Assembly: GCA_963710415.1 (NCBI GenBank)
Contig: CAVQAH010000024.1
Location: 150,234-214,233, forward strand
DNA length: 64,000 bases
Source of the DNA: an uncultured Acidobacteriota bacterium
Lineage (GTDB): Bacteria > Acidobacteriota > Vicinamibacteria > Vicinamibacterales > 2-12-FULL-66-21
Reading direction: 5' to 3'
Shown: in pieces, positions 22,191 to 32,901 of the stretch
Layout: each line of letters begins with the position of its first letter
Numbering within the stretch: position 1 is the stretch's first letter
Position numbers and translations under genes: made by a program
Notes under the pieces: model-generated
Databases searched by the model: none
Told to the model about the DNA's origin: nothing
The model's input: the letters and a program-made list of their open reading frames with translations, nothing else

Positions 22191-23310
22191 ATGACCGCCG
22201 ATCACCAACACCCGACAGCGCTTCGACGCATAGAAGCACGTGCCGGAACCTCCACCTACCTCATTGAGATCGGCACGGGCGCACAGTCACGCCTCGCGGC
22301 CGTACTCGAGAGATGCCAGGCTTCCGCAGCGCCGGTTCATCGTATCCAGCCAGACGGTCTGGCGGCTGCATGGAGAGAGCTTCGCCAGCGTGGCGGACGA
22401 CGAGCCCGTGCTTCTGCCCGACGGCGAGCGCCACAAGCAGCTGACGACTGTCAGCCGCATCTATGACGCCTTGATCAGGGCCGGTGCCGACCGGGCAACC
22501 ACCATCCTCGCGGTTGGGGGTGGCGTTGTCGGCGATATCGCGGGCTTTGCAGCAGCGACCTATCTGCGCGGCGTGCCGGTCGTGCACGTGCCGACGACGC
22601 TCCTGGCCCAGGTCGATAGCGCGATCGGCGGAAAAGTCGGTGTCAACCATCCGCTCGGCAAGAACCTGATCGGCGCGTTTCACCAGCCCTCGGCCGTGAT
22701 CGTCGACCCGGCCTTCCTGGCCACGCTGCCTCGCCGCGAATTTCGCGCCGGCTTGTACGAGGTCGTGAAGTACGGAATGATTGCCAGCCGGCCGTTGTTC
22801 GACCGCATCCGGGACCAGCTTGCGCTGCTGTTCGCTCGGAATGACGACGTGCTGACGCCCACCATCGCGGAGTGCTGCCAGATCAAGGCGTCCATCGTCC
22901 AGGCCGACGAACGGGAGTCGGGCCCGCGGCGGGCCCTGAACTTCGGTCACACGATCGCGCACGCGCTCGAGGCGGCCACCAGGTATCGACGCTTCAGGCA
23001 CGGCGAAGCGGTCGCATACGGGATGCTCGCCGCCGCAGAAGTTGCTGTCGCCCGGGGGGTCCTGCCGGCCGACGATCGCCGCGCCCTCGCCGCGCTCATC
23101 GCCCAGATGGGGCCCTTGCCGCCCGTCTCGGATCTCGATCCATCGCAGGTGCTCGAAGCGGTCGCCAGGGACAAGAAGGTCGTCGCAGGCCGGCTGCATT
23201 TCGTCCTGCCGACGGCGATCGGTGCCACCACGACCGCCAACGACGTCAGTATCGAGGAACTGTCACGCGCGCTGGGCGCGGTCCGCCTGTCAGGATTGAA
23301 GACCAGTTAA
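22191..23310 (+). CDS. aroB: 3-dehydroquinate synthase, one frame break near the 5' end
   Basis: ORF 22240..23310 has 'ILAVGGGVVGDIAGFAAATYLRGVPVVHVPTTLLAQVDSAIGGKVGVNHPLGKNLIGAFHQP'. The N-terminus 'TSTYLIEIGTGAQSRL' is in ORF 22191..22466. The break is near 22320. Confidence 0.9.
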
Positions 23311-23355
23311 GGATGATCTACTCGAGGATGATCTACGCGAAGATGACCTACTCGA
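23311..23355. repeat. 15-nt tandem repeat x3
   Basis: 'GGATGATCTACTCGA GGATGATCTACGCGA AGATGACCTACTCGA' fills the 37-nt gap between convergent aroB and the regulator. The last unit contains the regulator's stop codon. Confidence 0.8.
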
Positions 23356-24742
23356 GGCGGTGCTCTTTGACCTTGGAGAGCAGCATCTTGTAGGTGATCT
23401 GCAACAGCTCGGCGGCGCGGCCCTTGTTGTTATCGGCTTCCCGCAGGACCTGCTGGATCTTCAGACGCTCGGCCAGTGACATCGCGCGCCTGCCGACGTC
23501 GGTGAGACTGCCCGACATCTCGAACTCCGCCCACGGATCCGCTTCGGGCTCCGGCTGCGCATGAACGGCGTGGAACGTCAGGTTGAGATGACGCGGCAGA
23601 ATCGTGTCGCCTTCGGCGAGGATGACGGCGCGCTCGATGCTGTTCTGCAGCTCGCGGACGTTCCCCGGCCACCGGTATGACACGAGCTGCTCCACGGCGG
23701 CCGGCGACAGCACGATCGGTTTCTTCTTCATGTCGCGGCAGAAGCGGTCCGTGAAGTAACGAGCGAGGAGCGGGATGTCGCCCGGCCGCTCGCGCAGCGG
23801 CGGCACCGTAATCGGGAACACCGATAGCCTGAAGAACAGGTCCTCGCGAAAGCGCCGCGCGGCCACTTGTGCGCGCAGACCGCGATTGGTTGCGGCGACG
23901 AGCCGGACGTCGACCGTCACGAGCGCGGTGCCCCCGACACGCTCGAAGCGTTTTTCTTCGAGGGCGCGGAGAATTTTCGCCTGCAGCGAGAGGGGCAGAT
24001 CGCCGATCTCGTCGAGGAACAGCGTGCCGTGGTGAGCCATCTCGAACTTGCCAGGCTTCCTGGCCACGGCGCCGGTAAACGCGCCCTTTTCATGTCCGAA
24101 GAGCTCGGTCTCGAGCAGGGTTTCAGGGATGGCCGCGCAGTTGATCGCGACAAACGGCTCGTCTGCGCGCGGGCTCAGCGCGTGCAGCGAGCGCGCGAAC
24201 AACTCCTTACCGGTACCGCTTTCCCCTTCGAGGAGCACCGTCGTGTCGGTCGACGCGGCGCGCTGCAGCGAAGCGAACACCTTGCGCAGCGAGGGATCTT
24301 CGCCGACGAGCAACGGCGCGCCGCGCCGCACCGCGAGCTCTTCCTTCAGCAGGAGGTTTTCCGTCTGTATGCGGCGCTGCTCCAGGGCGCGAGCGACCAG
24401 CAGCAACAGATGGTCGGGATCGACAGGCTTCGCCAGAAAGTCGAGCGCGCCTTCCCTCATGGCGGCGACCGCATCCTCGATGCTGCCGTACGCCGTCATG
24501 ACGATCACCGGGATCTCCGAATCGAGTTCCTTGGTCGCGCGGAGGACGCCGAAGCCGTCACCTGCCGGGAGCCGCAGATCCGAAAGGACGAGCGCTGGCT
24601 GGTTGTGCTGAAGAAGTTGGACGGCTTCTTCCTGATCGCGCGCCTCGAGGACACCATGACCCTGGCGCTCCAGCGCGTGCCGAAGCATCGCGCGCAGCGA
24701 GTCCTTGTCCTCGACGATCAGGATTTGGGCGGGCGCAGCCAA
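23348..24742 (-). CDS. Sigma54-dependent response regulator (NtrC family: REC + AAA+ + Fis-type HTH)
   Basis: ORF 23348..24742 (464 aa), intact. Contains '[19 protein letters not shown]...DLRLPAGDG', '[53 protein letters not shown]' and a C-terminal HTH '[23 protein letters not shown]'. Confidence 0.9.
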   Translation of the reverse strand: MAAPAQILIVEDKDSLRAMLRHALERQGHGVLEARDQEEAVQLLQHNQPALVLSDLRLPAGDGFGVLRATKELDSEIPVIVMTAYGSIEDAVAAMREGALDFLAKPVDPDHLLLLVARALEQRRIQTENLLLKEELAVRRGAPLLVGEDPSLRKVFASLQRAASTDTTVLLEGESGTGKELFARSLHALSPRADEPFVAINCAAIPETLLETELFGHEKGAFTGAVARKPGKFEMAHHGTLFLDEIGDLPLSLQAKILRALEEKRFERVGGTALVTVDVRLVAATNRGLRAQVAARRFREDLFFRLSVFPITVPPLRERPGDIPLLARYFTDRFCRDMKKKPIVLSPAAVEQLVSYRWPGNVRELQNSIERAVILAEGDTILPRHLNLTFHAVHAQPEPEADPWAEFEMSGSLTDVGRRAMSLAERLKIQQVLREADNNKGRAAELLQITYKMLLSKVKEHRLE

Positions 24743-24756
24743 ACTCGAAGTGCGGG

Positions 24757-25341
24757 TCAGCGGAGCCAGCCTGGCGGCACGCCGGCCTTGCGGGCTTCTT
24801 CTTCGATGTCTTCGATCTGCTTCTTGTTCTGGGCGATCTCAGCCGTGACGCGCTCCATCTCCATCAGCGCCTTCTGACGGTCTTCGCCGATCTTGGCGCG
24901 CTGATACGGATCGTCGCGGTTCACGAAATCCGCAGACAGCGCGTTGATACGACTCTGAAGCGCCTCGTGGAACGCCTCGTTCCGTCGCAGCGCCTCGCGC
25001 GCCTGCACGATTCGCTGCTTCCACCAGGTCTCGTCCTTCTCCGGCTCGCCAGCGGGCTTCTGCCCCTCAGCTGGTTTCTGCTCTGTCGCCGCCCCAGCTG
25101 GCGCGGCCGCCGGCGGCGGTGGCGCCGGTTGCTGAGCAGAGGGCGGCAGATCCTTGTTCGTCAGAACTTTCGGTGTGCCGGTGGTCGTCTTTCGCCGCTC
25201 CTGTTCCTTGCGGGCAATTTCCGCAAGTGTCGGATTCTGCGCGTAGACAGGACTCACCCAGCCGAGCGCTCCCACGAAGACCAGGAGGACGCCGGCAAGC
25301 CTGACCTGGGAACGACGGCCGACGAGATTCGGTATCAGCAT
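24757..25341 (-). CDS. Secreted/periplasmic coiled-coil protein, function unknown
   Basis: ORF 24757..25428, likely starting at the Met at 25341 ('MLIPNLVGRRSQVRLAGVLLVFVGALGWVSPVYAQ' signal-like). A Pro/Ala-rich linker is followed by a coiled coil 'AREALRRNEAFHEALQSRINALSADF'. Confidence 0.5.
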   Translation of the reverse strand: MLIPNLVGRRSQVRLAGVLLVFVGALGWVSPVYAQNPTLAEIARKEQERRKTTTGTPKVLTNKDLPPSAQQPAPPPPAAAPAGAATEQKPAEGQKPAGEPEKDETWWKQRIVQAREALRRNEAFHEALQSRINALSADFVNRDDPYQRAKIGEDRQKALMEMERVTAEIAQNKKQIEDIEEEARKAGVPPGWLR

Positions 25342-25410
25342 GAGACGCAACCCTTTATAATTGTATCGGATACAGCCGGCTGAGCCAATAGGAATTAATG
25401 AGCAGAATTG

Positions 25411-25455
25411 CCCGATTCCGCTTTCCAATTCCCGCCATCCGATTTCCGCTTTCCC
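25411..25455. repeat. Degenerate heptamer array (TCCGATT/TCCGCTT type)
   Basis: 'GCCCGAT TCCGCTT TCCAATT CCCGCCA TCCGATT TCCGCTT TCCC'. Same unit family as 2805-2839 and 59831-59965. Confidence 0.75.
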
Positions 25456-25461
25456 ATGAGT

Positions 25462-26107
25462 TCACGGGACTGCACGCCGCGTCAGGACCTGCAGCCATCC
25501 GCCGGCGGCCCGGCCGACGGACGCCTCGAATGCGCGGCGGGCACCACCGCCGCCGTAGGCCTCGGCGTGGAGCAACACCCGCCCGTTGGTGTCTCGCGAG
25601 GGGTTCCCATCGCCATCCCACCCATCGTCCGCTATCCAGACGACGAGGTAGGCTGGCTGCGCGATCGAGCCGGCTGGCAGGATGTCACCGAGACTCGCGT
25701 GGGCGTAGAGCCGCCATTGCGGGCTGTCAGCGCCGAAAGAATGTGACCCGTACGTCGCGTCGCTGTCGCGCTGGCGCTGCAGGGTGAGCTGACCGAGATC
25801 GATACGCCGGCCGTCAGGCGCGACGAACTGCATCTGGCCGTCCGAGAATGATCCGGCGGTCGCGGGTGGCGGCAGCAGCGCAACGCTCCAGTCGGGCAAG
25901 CAGGTCGAGATCGAGCAGCGCACGTTCGAGTGCGGCGTCTGCGGCGTTCGACGTCTCCTCCCCGTGACGGAATGCCGCACTAATCAGCGTCTCGGTCGTG
26001 CTGACATACACGAGAGAAGCCGCGATCGCCGACAGCAACAGCGTCGTGAGAATCGCGATCAGCAAAGCCGCTCCCCTTTCGCTCGACGGTGCGGACGACT
26101 TGACCAC
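25462..26107 (-). CDS. pilX: PilX-like minor pilin, set A, one frame break
   Basis: ORF 25814..26107 has 'ERGAALLIAILTTLLLSAIAASLVYVSTTETLISAAF' (PilX_N-like). It continues in ORF 25462..25980 as 'SPQWRLYAHASLGDILP...AYLVVWIADDGWDGDGNPSRDTNGRVLLHAEAYG', paralogous to 32126..32891. The break is near 25870. Confidence 0.6.
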
Positions 26108-26110
26108 GGA

Positions 26111-27194
26111 TCACCTCGCCGTGCTCAGGTTGCGCGGCGCCACATCGAATGTCACCTCGAAGTCCTTCACCGCGTTCTCGATGGTGGACGCCGATCCGCG
26201 GTTCATGAAGTCTCCGCCGGATGCGCGCAGCTGGTCCGAGCCCGATTGGACGCGGACCGTCACTCGGACTCGACGGATCCTCAGCAGGTCCGCATCGAAC
26301 CGACCCGCTTCCGATTCCGCAAAACGGCCCATCCATCATCTGCTGCGTCGTCAGCGGCACGAGCGTCAGGCCAGGCAACGGTTGCAGGAGCGGAACCGGC
26401 GGAGAGCCTGCAGCATACGCGCAGTTTCCGGCTCCATCGATCGGAGCGGCCACGCTCGCCGGGTTCGGATCCGCATAGTAGGTGAACTGCAGCGCCACCA
26501 CGTTATCGACGAGCGGAACATCACTTTGATATCCGTCGTAGAGCATCAGCCGGTTGGTTGACGTGTCGTGATAGTAGACGTGGTGCACGACGGGCACGAC
26601 GACGCTCGACTCTGACGAGTAGAGTCGCGTGAACGGAGGGTTCGGCGCGCCATGTGCGAGGCCACCCGCGAGATCGGTGACGCTGAACAGCTCGTAGCCG
26701 CTGGCCGGCTCCTTGACGTCGACGATGGCCGCGCGTGAGCCTGGAACGAAGCCACAGATACCGGCGCCGGGGCACCCAGCGGCGGTCTTGACGGTGAGAA
26801 CCTCGTCGGGCGACGCCATATCGCTGGCGAGCGTCGCGCTCCATCCTTCATCAGGTACATGCGTGATGCTGATGCGATTGACGAAAGCGGTGCCTTCGGG
26901 GTCCGCGGCGCGCGCGCCGGTCCGCGCGGGAACAATCGGCGGCAGGTAATTGGCGAGCGTTCGGCCGGCCAGGCCATGGAGCGGCCCGGCGCCGGCGTTC
27001 ATCAGATCGCGCTGCATCATCGAGACAGCTACCCTGAGGCGTTGGTGTACGTCAGCCGCTTCGGGCTGCGATGCGGCCAATCGCTGAGACCGCGCGGCAA
27101 AGTGGAAGAGCATCGCCGCAGCGGTTGTGAAGACGGCAGCCGCCACCAACAGCTCGATCAGCGAGAAGCCGCGCGAGCAAGTCGAGTGGTGCAC
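26111..27194 (-). CDS. pilW: PilW-like minor pilin, set A, one frame break
   Basis: The GTG at 27194 opens the prepilin N-terminus 'RGFSLIELLVAAAVFTTAAAMLF' in ORF 25980..27410. The C-terminus 'DADLLRIRRVRVTVRVQ...KDFEVTFDVAPRNLSTAR' is in ORF 26111..26332. The break is near 26330. Confidence 0.65.
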
Positions 27195-27196
27195 GG

Positions 27197-27784
27197 CTAT
27201 TGGTCCTTCCGCGTCCTGAGTCCGACGAGGAGCGTGTCCTGACCACTGCGTACGCTCCACGGCCTGCTGCCTCGGCGAGCCTCTGCCGCGACCGTCGTGA
27301 CACGCACTGACAGAATCAGCGTGCGAGCGGGTGACACCGGCAGCGGCTGCACCGCCCAGCGCCGAATGAATATCGCGTCCCGTGGCGGTGTGGCACCGTT
27401 GCCGAGCCAACGGCCCTGGTCGTCGAGATAGTCGACAAATGGCGGAATGTTTGCGGACAACGTCCCCGCTGGCGAAGGCATCAGCCCCGTGCCGCTATCG
27501 TCAGGAGGATCGACACTCAGATTCGCCGTCGAATCGGACCTTGGCTGCGGGGTTGCCGATGATGCATCGTAGGCCCACGTCAGGGATCGAAGCTGCTCGA
27601 GTTTTGCGGCCGCGAGAATCGTGGAGGATGTCTGCTCGCGCGCAGCGGCAGCCGCCCGCATCGACATGGCAAAGAGCTGGGCGACCCCTATCGACACGGT
27701 CACCATCAGGCCGAGGGCAACGACAACCTCGATGAGCGTGAAGCCCGCGCAGCTTCTGAGGACCGTCCCATGTCTCCCCGCCAT
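27197..27784 (-). CDS. pilV: PilV-like minor pilin, set A
   Basis: ORF 27197..27784 (195 aa) with 'SCAGFTLIEVVVALGLMVTVSIGVAQLF'. It shares long motifs with 33993..34595, for example 'KLEQLRSLTWAYD' against 'KMEQIRSLTWGFD', and 'FVDYLD.QG.W.G.G.TPP..A.(F/Y)IRRW'. Confidence 0.7.
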   Translation of the reverse strand: MAGRHGTVLRSCAGFTLIEVVVALGLMVTVSIGVAQLFAMSMRAAAAAREQTSSTILAAAKLEQLRSLTWAYDASSATPQPRSDSTANLSVDPPDDSGTGLMPSPAGTLSANIPPFVDYLDDQGRWLGNGATPPRDAIFIRRWAVQPLPVSPARTLILSVRVTTVAAEARRGSRPWSVRSGQDTLLVGLRTRKDQ

Positions 27785-27797
27785 GACGGTCCGTGGT

Positions 27798-27812
27798 GCA
27801 ATGCGAACGCCA
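27798..27812 (-). promoter_or_regulatory. Candidate sigma54 (-24/-12) promoter abutting the pilV (set A) start codon
   Basis: The minus strand reads 'TGGCGTtcgcaTTGCaccacggaccgtcATG'. GG-N10-GC spacing is correct, and the ATG lies 13 nt after the -12 C. Confidence 0.45.
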
Positions 27813-27933
27813 GCCGGCGCGGAAGAGCCGACTGTCGTTTTCTCTCGGGAATCGAAGGAGGGTGGCGAGGGACTCCCGCGTCCCGCGCAACATCAGCACT
27901 TCCGTGATTGCAGCGGGTGCGGCAGAAACTGAA

Positions 27934-28851
27934 TCAGAGCGTCTGTGGATTTCCGGGGTTCGTCGGTGCCGGCGCGCCGGTCAGCTGGCCGATCCGCGCC
28001 TTGATCTTCTCTGCGTCTCCGGCCGCAGGCGCCAGGCGCAGATACTCTTCGTACGCCGCCACCGCATCGGTCGTGCGCTGCAGACGTTCGTAGCTCAGTG
28101 CAAGCGCGAAATGAAACGAGGCATCCGACGGCGACAGCGCGATCGCCTTCTTGTACTCCTCGACTGCCGCCAGGTCGTCGCCTTTCTTGTGCAGCGTCAG
28201 GGCCAGGTTGAACGTCGTTGCGTAGTCGCTTGGAAACAGCTGCTGAGCCTGACGGTAAGAGGCGATCGATTCGTCCCACTTGCCGAGCACTGACAGCGCC
28301 CGTGCGAGATTGAAGCGGTACGCCCAGCGATCTGGAATCAAGCGTAATCGCTTTTTGGAAGTGCGGCACCGCTTCCGCTGGCTTACCAAGCCGGACGAGG
28401 ATCTGCCCGAGGTTGCTGTGCGACTCGGCGTCATCAGGGTTCTTGGCAATCGCCGCCTTGTACTGCTCGAGAGCTGACTGGTAGTCGCCTGTGGCATACG
28501 CGGTCGCTCCGGCGCCCGACGGGTCGAGAAACGGCGTGGGCGCCGGTTCCGCCGGCTTGGCGGCTGCCGCCGCCGGGGCCGGTTCGGGCTTTGGCTGGCG
28601 GCGCGCCGCGAACGGATCGACGGGCTTGGTCGTGAAACCGCGGCCGGCTTGTCGCCTTTCAGGAGCCACAGACCTCCGATGCCCAGGACGAACGCGGCCC
28701 CAAGCGCCGCACTCCATTTGGCGAGCTGCTGGCTGTGGCGAGCGCTGACTGCAGGATCGGGACGGAAACGCGCGCGACAGCGCGGGCAGCGGTCGTGCGC
28801 CGCGTTCACCTTGGCGCCGCAGGACGGACAGAGAACGGCCTCACTCATCAT
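27934..28851 (-). CDS. Zinc-ribbon / TM / TPR-repeat protein, two frame breaks
   Basis: ORF 27934..28851 has N-terminal 'CPSCGAKVNAAHDRCPRCRA', a TM segment, and C-terminal TPR repeats ('YATTFNLALTLHKKGDDLAAVEEYKKAIALSPSDASFHFALALSY'). The middle TPR repeats ('YQSALEQYKAAIAKNPDDAESHSNLGQILVRLGKPAEAVPHFQKAI') are in ORF 27893..28717. Breaks are near 28650 and 28330. Confidence 0.6.
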   Translation of the reverse strand: MMSEAVLCPSCGAKVNAAHDRCPRCRARFRPDPAVSARHSQQLAKWSAALGAAFVLGIGGLWLLKGDKPAAVSRPSPSIRSRRAASQSPNRPRRRQPPSRRNRRPRRFSTRRAPERPRMPQATTSQLSSSTRRRLPRTLMTPSRTATSGRSSSGLVSQRKRCRTSKKRLRLIPDRWAYRFNLARALSVLGKWDESIASYRQAQQLFPSDYATTFNLALTLHKKGDDLAAVEEYKKAIALSPSDASFHFALALSYERLQRTTDAVAAYEEYLRLAPAAGDAEKIKARIGQLTGAPAPTNPGNPQTL

Positions 28852-31800
28852 CGGATTTCCCGCCAGGACAGGATGCGGACGCCGACCTGGCCGATACCGT
28901 TGTTGAAGTCCTCGGGATCGCCGAATGCTTCGACCGCGGCCCCGGTCTCACCGGCGGTACCCAGATACAAGTGCTGATCGACGATGAACGGTGCGGTCGC
29001 CCGCCCGGCCATCGCACGGACGATCGGGCTCTCGTTGTTCTCGAGCTTGCCGCTGTTGTTCGTGTCGTAGGCGGCGCCGCCGCTGTAGGTCAGCGCGTAG
29101 AGTCTCGAGGTGAAGTCCGCGCACGGCGTGCCGGCGACTTCAACGGTCGTCGTGTAGAACACGATGTCACCGGCGACCGATGGAGAGGTCGAAGGCCGCT
29201 CGCCATTTGCCAGGCCGCCGGAGAGGGTCACCGTGCCGAGATCGCGAGTGAACTTCGTCGTCGCGCCGGCGCCTGGCGAGTTGTCCTTGAGACCGAACAA
29301 CTGGAACGTTCCGAGGCCTCCTGGCGCCGTGGCTGCCAGCAGATCGCTGCCCGTCGCGAAGAACATGTACACATCTGCGCTGCCAACGAACAGCAAGGCC
29401 GATGAGGCATAGATGGGTGCCCCTGCGTCGACCATCTCCGAGACCGTGATCGCGCCCGCCGATGTGAAGTTGAACCGCCAGTACTTGCCGTCGATATCAC
29501 CGAGATACGCCTTGGTGACGACGGGGCTTCCCGCCTCACCTGCCGCGGTGGGGTCCGCCTGCAAGGCATTCTTGCGGCCGTTTCCGCCGATGTCGCCAAC
29601 CGAATAGCAGCCCGTGCCGGCGCACGACCCGCCGCCGCTGTTCCCAATCAACTCGCCGGTGTCCGCATTGATCAGGTACATCGACATGCCCGCTTTCGGC
29701 GCGGAGGCCCCGCGATTGGGAATCGACGCCTCGATATCCGGGAAATAGCCCGATCCAACGATCACCGCATTCAGCGAGCGATCCGGGGTCAGCGGACCAA
29801 CCGCCGGGTCCGACCACGTCAGGCCGACCGTCTTCTCGACGTGGTTCGCCGTCGCCTTGAGATCACCAAAGACCTTGAACCTGCCTCCGGGCGTCCCGTC
29901 GGCGACGGTGAACGTCGCGGTGTAGGTCGGGTCGAAGCTCGAGTAGTTCGGGAACGCCCACTTGAACTGGATGCTCTCGCCAGGCGAGTCGAACAGCGAC
30001 AGCATCGTGTTCACCGCGGTTTGTCCATCAGCCGTGGGATCGAGCCCCATGCCGGCTTCGGTGACGTCGAAGGCCTGATAGAACGTTCCGCCCTGGCCCT
30101 GCCCGATGATGAGCATGCTGCGCCAGCTGCCACTCAACTTGACTTCAGCGATCTTCGGCGAGCTGTCCACGAAGTAGTCGAACTGCTCGACCGGCTGGCC
30201 ATCGAGAAGTGTCCGAAGCTTCGGCAGCAGGTTGTACGGAATGAACGCCCATACCTCGAAGCCAGTCCGCGCGTCAACGGCGTGGATCATTCCGTCGTTG
30301 GCACCGAAGAAGATCATGCTGCGACGGTCCTTGTGGCTGCCAGCAAACGTACCGGTCGCGTCAGAACGCCCGTAGTCGTCGTCCGGCGGAGGATCGAGCG
30401 ATGGCGCGTCCATCAACGCCGGCGTGGACCCGATTACCGCTCCAAGCGCTTGCGCGCGGACGAACGTGATCAGAGTCGCCGCGTTCGACACCCCGCCAAG
30501 GTGAGGCGCGAGCGTGGCGGCGTTGCTGGTCGTGAATGCCACCATGGAACCGCCGCCAGATCCATTCGGGATGTAGGTGTAGATGTTGCGCGTGGCTCGG
30601 ATCCGATGGCGTTCTGGCTAGACCTGCCAGCGAAGGCCGTCCATCGATGTCGGGCCAGAGGCGCGTGCCGTCGTTGACGAATTTCCATCCGGCCGGTTTC
30701 GTCGCGTCGATTTCCGGCCGGTAGACGCGGAACGCTCGGAGTCGGCCATCGAACCCCGGAAGCCTGAAACCCGCACTGATCATCACGTTGCTGCGCTGCG
30801 GCAGCGGCTGACCACCTGGGATGGCCGTGATGTCGGTGTTCGGCAGCGGGCTGCCGGCCGAATTGACACCGTCCTTCAGGTTGACGGTGCCGATGATCGG
30901 GCTGACCGGGACGAAGTCGCTCGAATTGCCGGTATCGAAATCCGCCTGGCGCGCAAATCCGGCCTGGACGGCGTAGTTGATGGCAGCGGTGACGTCATTG
31001 GCGGTGACCGCCTTTGTGTACCTGCCGCCACTGTTGGTCGCGACCGAACGGAGCTCCAACTCGTCGGCAGCCGCCGGCCTCACAGCCACGACGTGGATGG
31101 GAACTCGTTTGGTCACGCCGCTGGCGGTGACGGTCAGAAACGTCGTCGCGGTGGTGACCGGATCGTTGCTCGCGTTGTACGCCGCGTCGCCGTCGTCTTT
31201 GCCGCTCGTGATCAGGACGACGACCGTGTTGCGGCATGAACGGTTGGCCGCGCTGTCGGCGGTCATCGCCGCGATGGCGGCAGCCTTCGCATCCAGCAAG
31301 GCGTAGTTGATTGGGCGGTCCTCGTAGCCGACGCCGCCGCGGCCCGCAGGCACCAGGCCAAGGTCGTCGCCAATCGGCCGGTTCAGTCGGTCCAGCACCG
31401 TCGTCGCCGAGGCATTCGCCGGCGTGACCATCACGGTCCCGGCCGGCGCTGCGGCCTGGGCATAACTCGCGGCGGCAACACTCGGCGCATAGATCCCGTA
31501 ACGGCCGAGGCCACCGGCGTTGCACGGATTGGTATCACCGTAGAGCAGCTGGGCCAGGCTGTTGACAGATACCGGACGATCGCAATTCGGCGACACGCGC
31601 CACGCCGGGGTCGACTGGCGCAGCCTGAGCAAACCCCATCTGAACATGCTCCCCGCGTTCTCCGTGACCGCGGCGGCCAGCCCGCTTTTGGCGATCGAGT
31701 AGCGCGTCTCGTCGAGGAACGCCAGATCGGCCGGCGCATTCGACGTCAGTGGCACCGCTGGATCCCAGACGGCCGCCGAGGGCGTAATCAAATCAGCGGA

Positions 31801-32126
31801 GTACCCAGCCGGCAGCGCCACGTGGGTCAGGTTCCGGTAGACGCGACGATAGGTCTTGACGGTGGCCGGCGTTGATCCCCGGGAAGGCCCCCATCACCGC
31901 GGGATCCGCGGTCGTCGAGTAGAACGCAGGATCGTAGAAGTTGCCGTTCCCGTCCTCGAGCATGCGTACGCGACGTGTCCACGACGACAATGACGGTCGG
32001 AGGGACGCGCTTGAGAAAAAGGAGCGGGTCGAGCTGCGCCCACACGGTCGCCGAACCGGCCAGCACGAGCGTCGCTGCCAGTATCGCGGCCGTCGCGCGA
32101 CGAGCGGACGAAGAAGTCATCAACAT
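28848..32126 (-). CDS. pilY1: PilY1-like pilus tip protein (N-terminal vWA-like + C-terminal beta-propeller), at least three frame breaks
   Basis: ORF 31827..32126 has a signal peptide plus 'VIVVVDTS'. ORF 30361..31821 carries the vWA-like region 'NTVVVLITSGKDDGDAAY'. ORF 28848..30545 has the hallmark PilY1 propeller motif 'MIFFGANDGMIHAVDARTGFEVWAFIPYNLLPKL'. Breaks are near 31960, 31825 and 30550. Confidence 0.75.
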
Positions 32127-32891
32127 TACTGCACCGTCAGTCCACCAGTGGTGGTGTTCATCCGCATGTTCGTCAGCGTTTTGCCGGGAGTCTGCACGGC
32201 GGCCTTGCGAGCGCGCTGGTTCAGCTCTTCCTGACCGCGCTGCGCGATCTGGCCGCGCTCGATTTCCGTGCTCGATGTTCGGGCCACGGTCACTTCGACG
32301 ATCTTGCGGGTACCGCCAGGCCCGTACGCTTCCGCATGAACGGTCAGTGTGCCGTTCACGTCGGCTTGTGGGTTGCCGTCATCCTCCGCAGGATCGTCCG
32401 CAATCCAAGCCACGAGATACATCGGGCTGTCGACGGCGGCCGTGTCCGGCAACACCTGCATGAGCGGCCCCCACGCGAAGAGCCGCCACTGCGGGTTGTT
32501 TGCCCCCCACATGTTCAACGTGTCGGTTTCTGACTGCAGCTGGCCGGTCGCGGTGTTCGTGCCGCAGCAGAGCGTCGTCACGCCACCGCCCACAAGCTGC
32601 TTCTGTCCGGTCATGGCCGCCGTCGACGAACGACGACTGCGTCGCGCCGGTCAGGATGTCGTTCCACCGCGGCACCATCAGGAGGTCCTGCACCACCCGC
32701 TCGACCGCGGCATCGGCGGCGTACAGCGCCTCCTGGGCGTTGCTGTAGTTGTTCGAGATCTTGGTTTCCGTCGTGGTCACCATGATCATGGCGGCGCTGA
32801 GCGCGCTCAGGAGCATCATCGCCATGAGCGCGATGATGAGCGCCGTGCCCTCTTCTGCGCCGAGCCGTTGCCGAATTCTCGTCATGTCCAC
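32126..32891 (-). CDS. pilX: PilX-like minor pilin, set B, one frame break
   Basis: ORF 32379..32891 has 'EEGTALIIALMAMMLLSALSAAMIMVTTTETKISNNY'. ORF 32126..32614 has 'NPQWRLFAWGPLMQVLP...MYLVAWIADDPAEDDGNPQADVNGTLTVHAEAYG'. The break is near 32600. Confidence 0.6.
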
Positions 32892-32901
32892 AGCAGCATC
32901 C

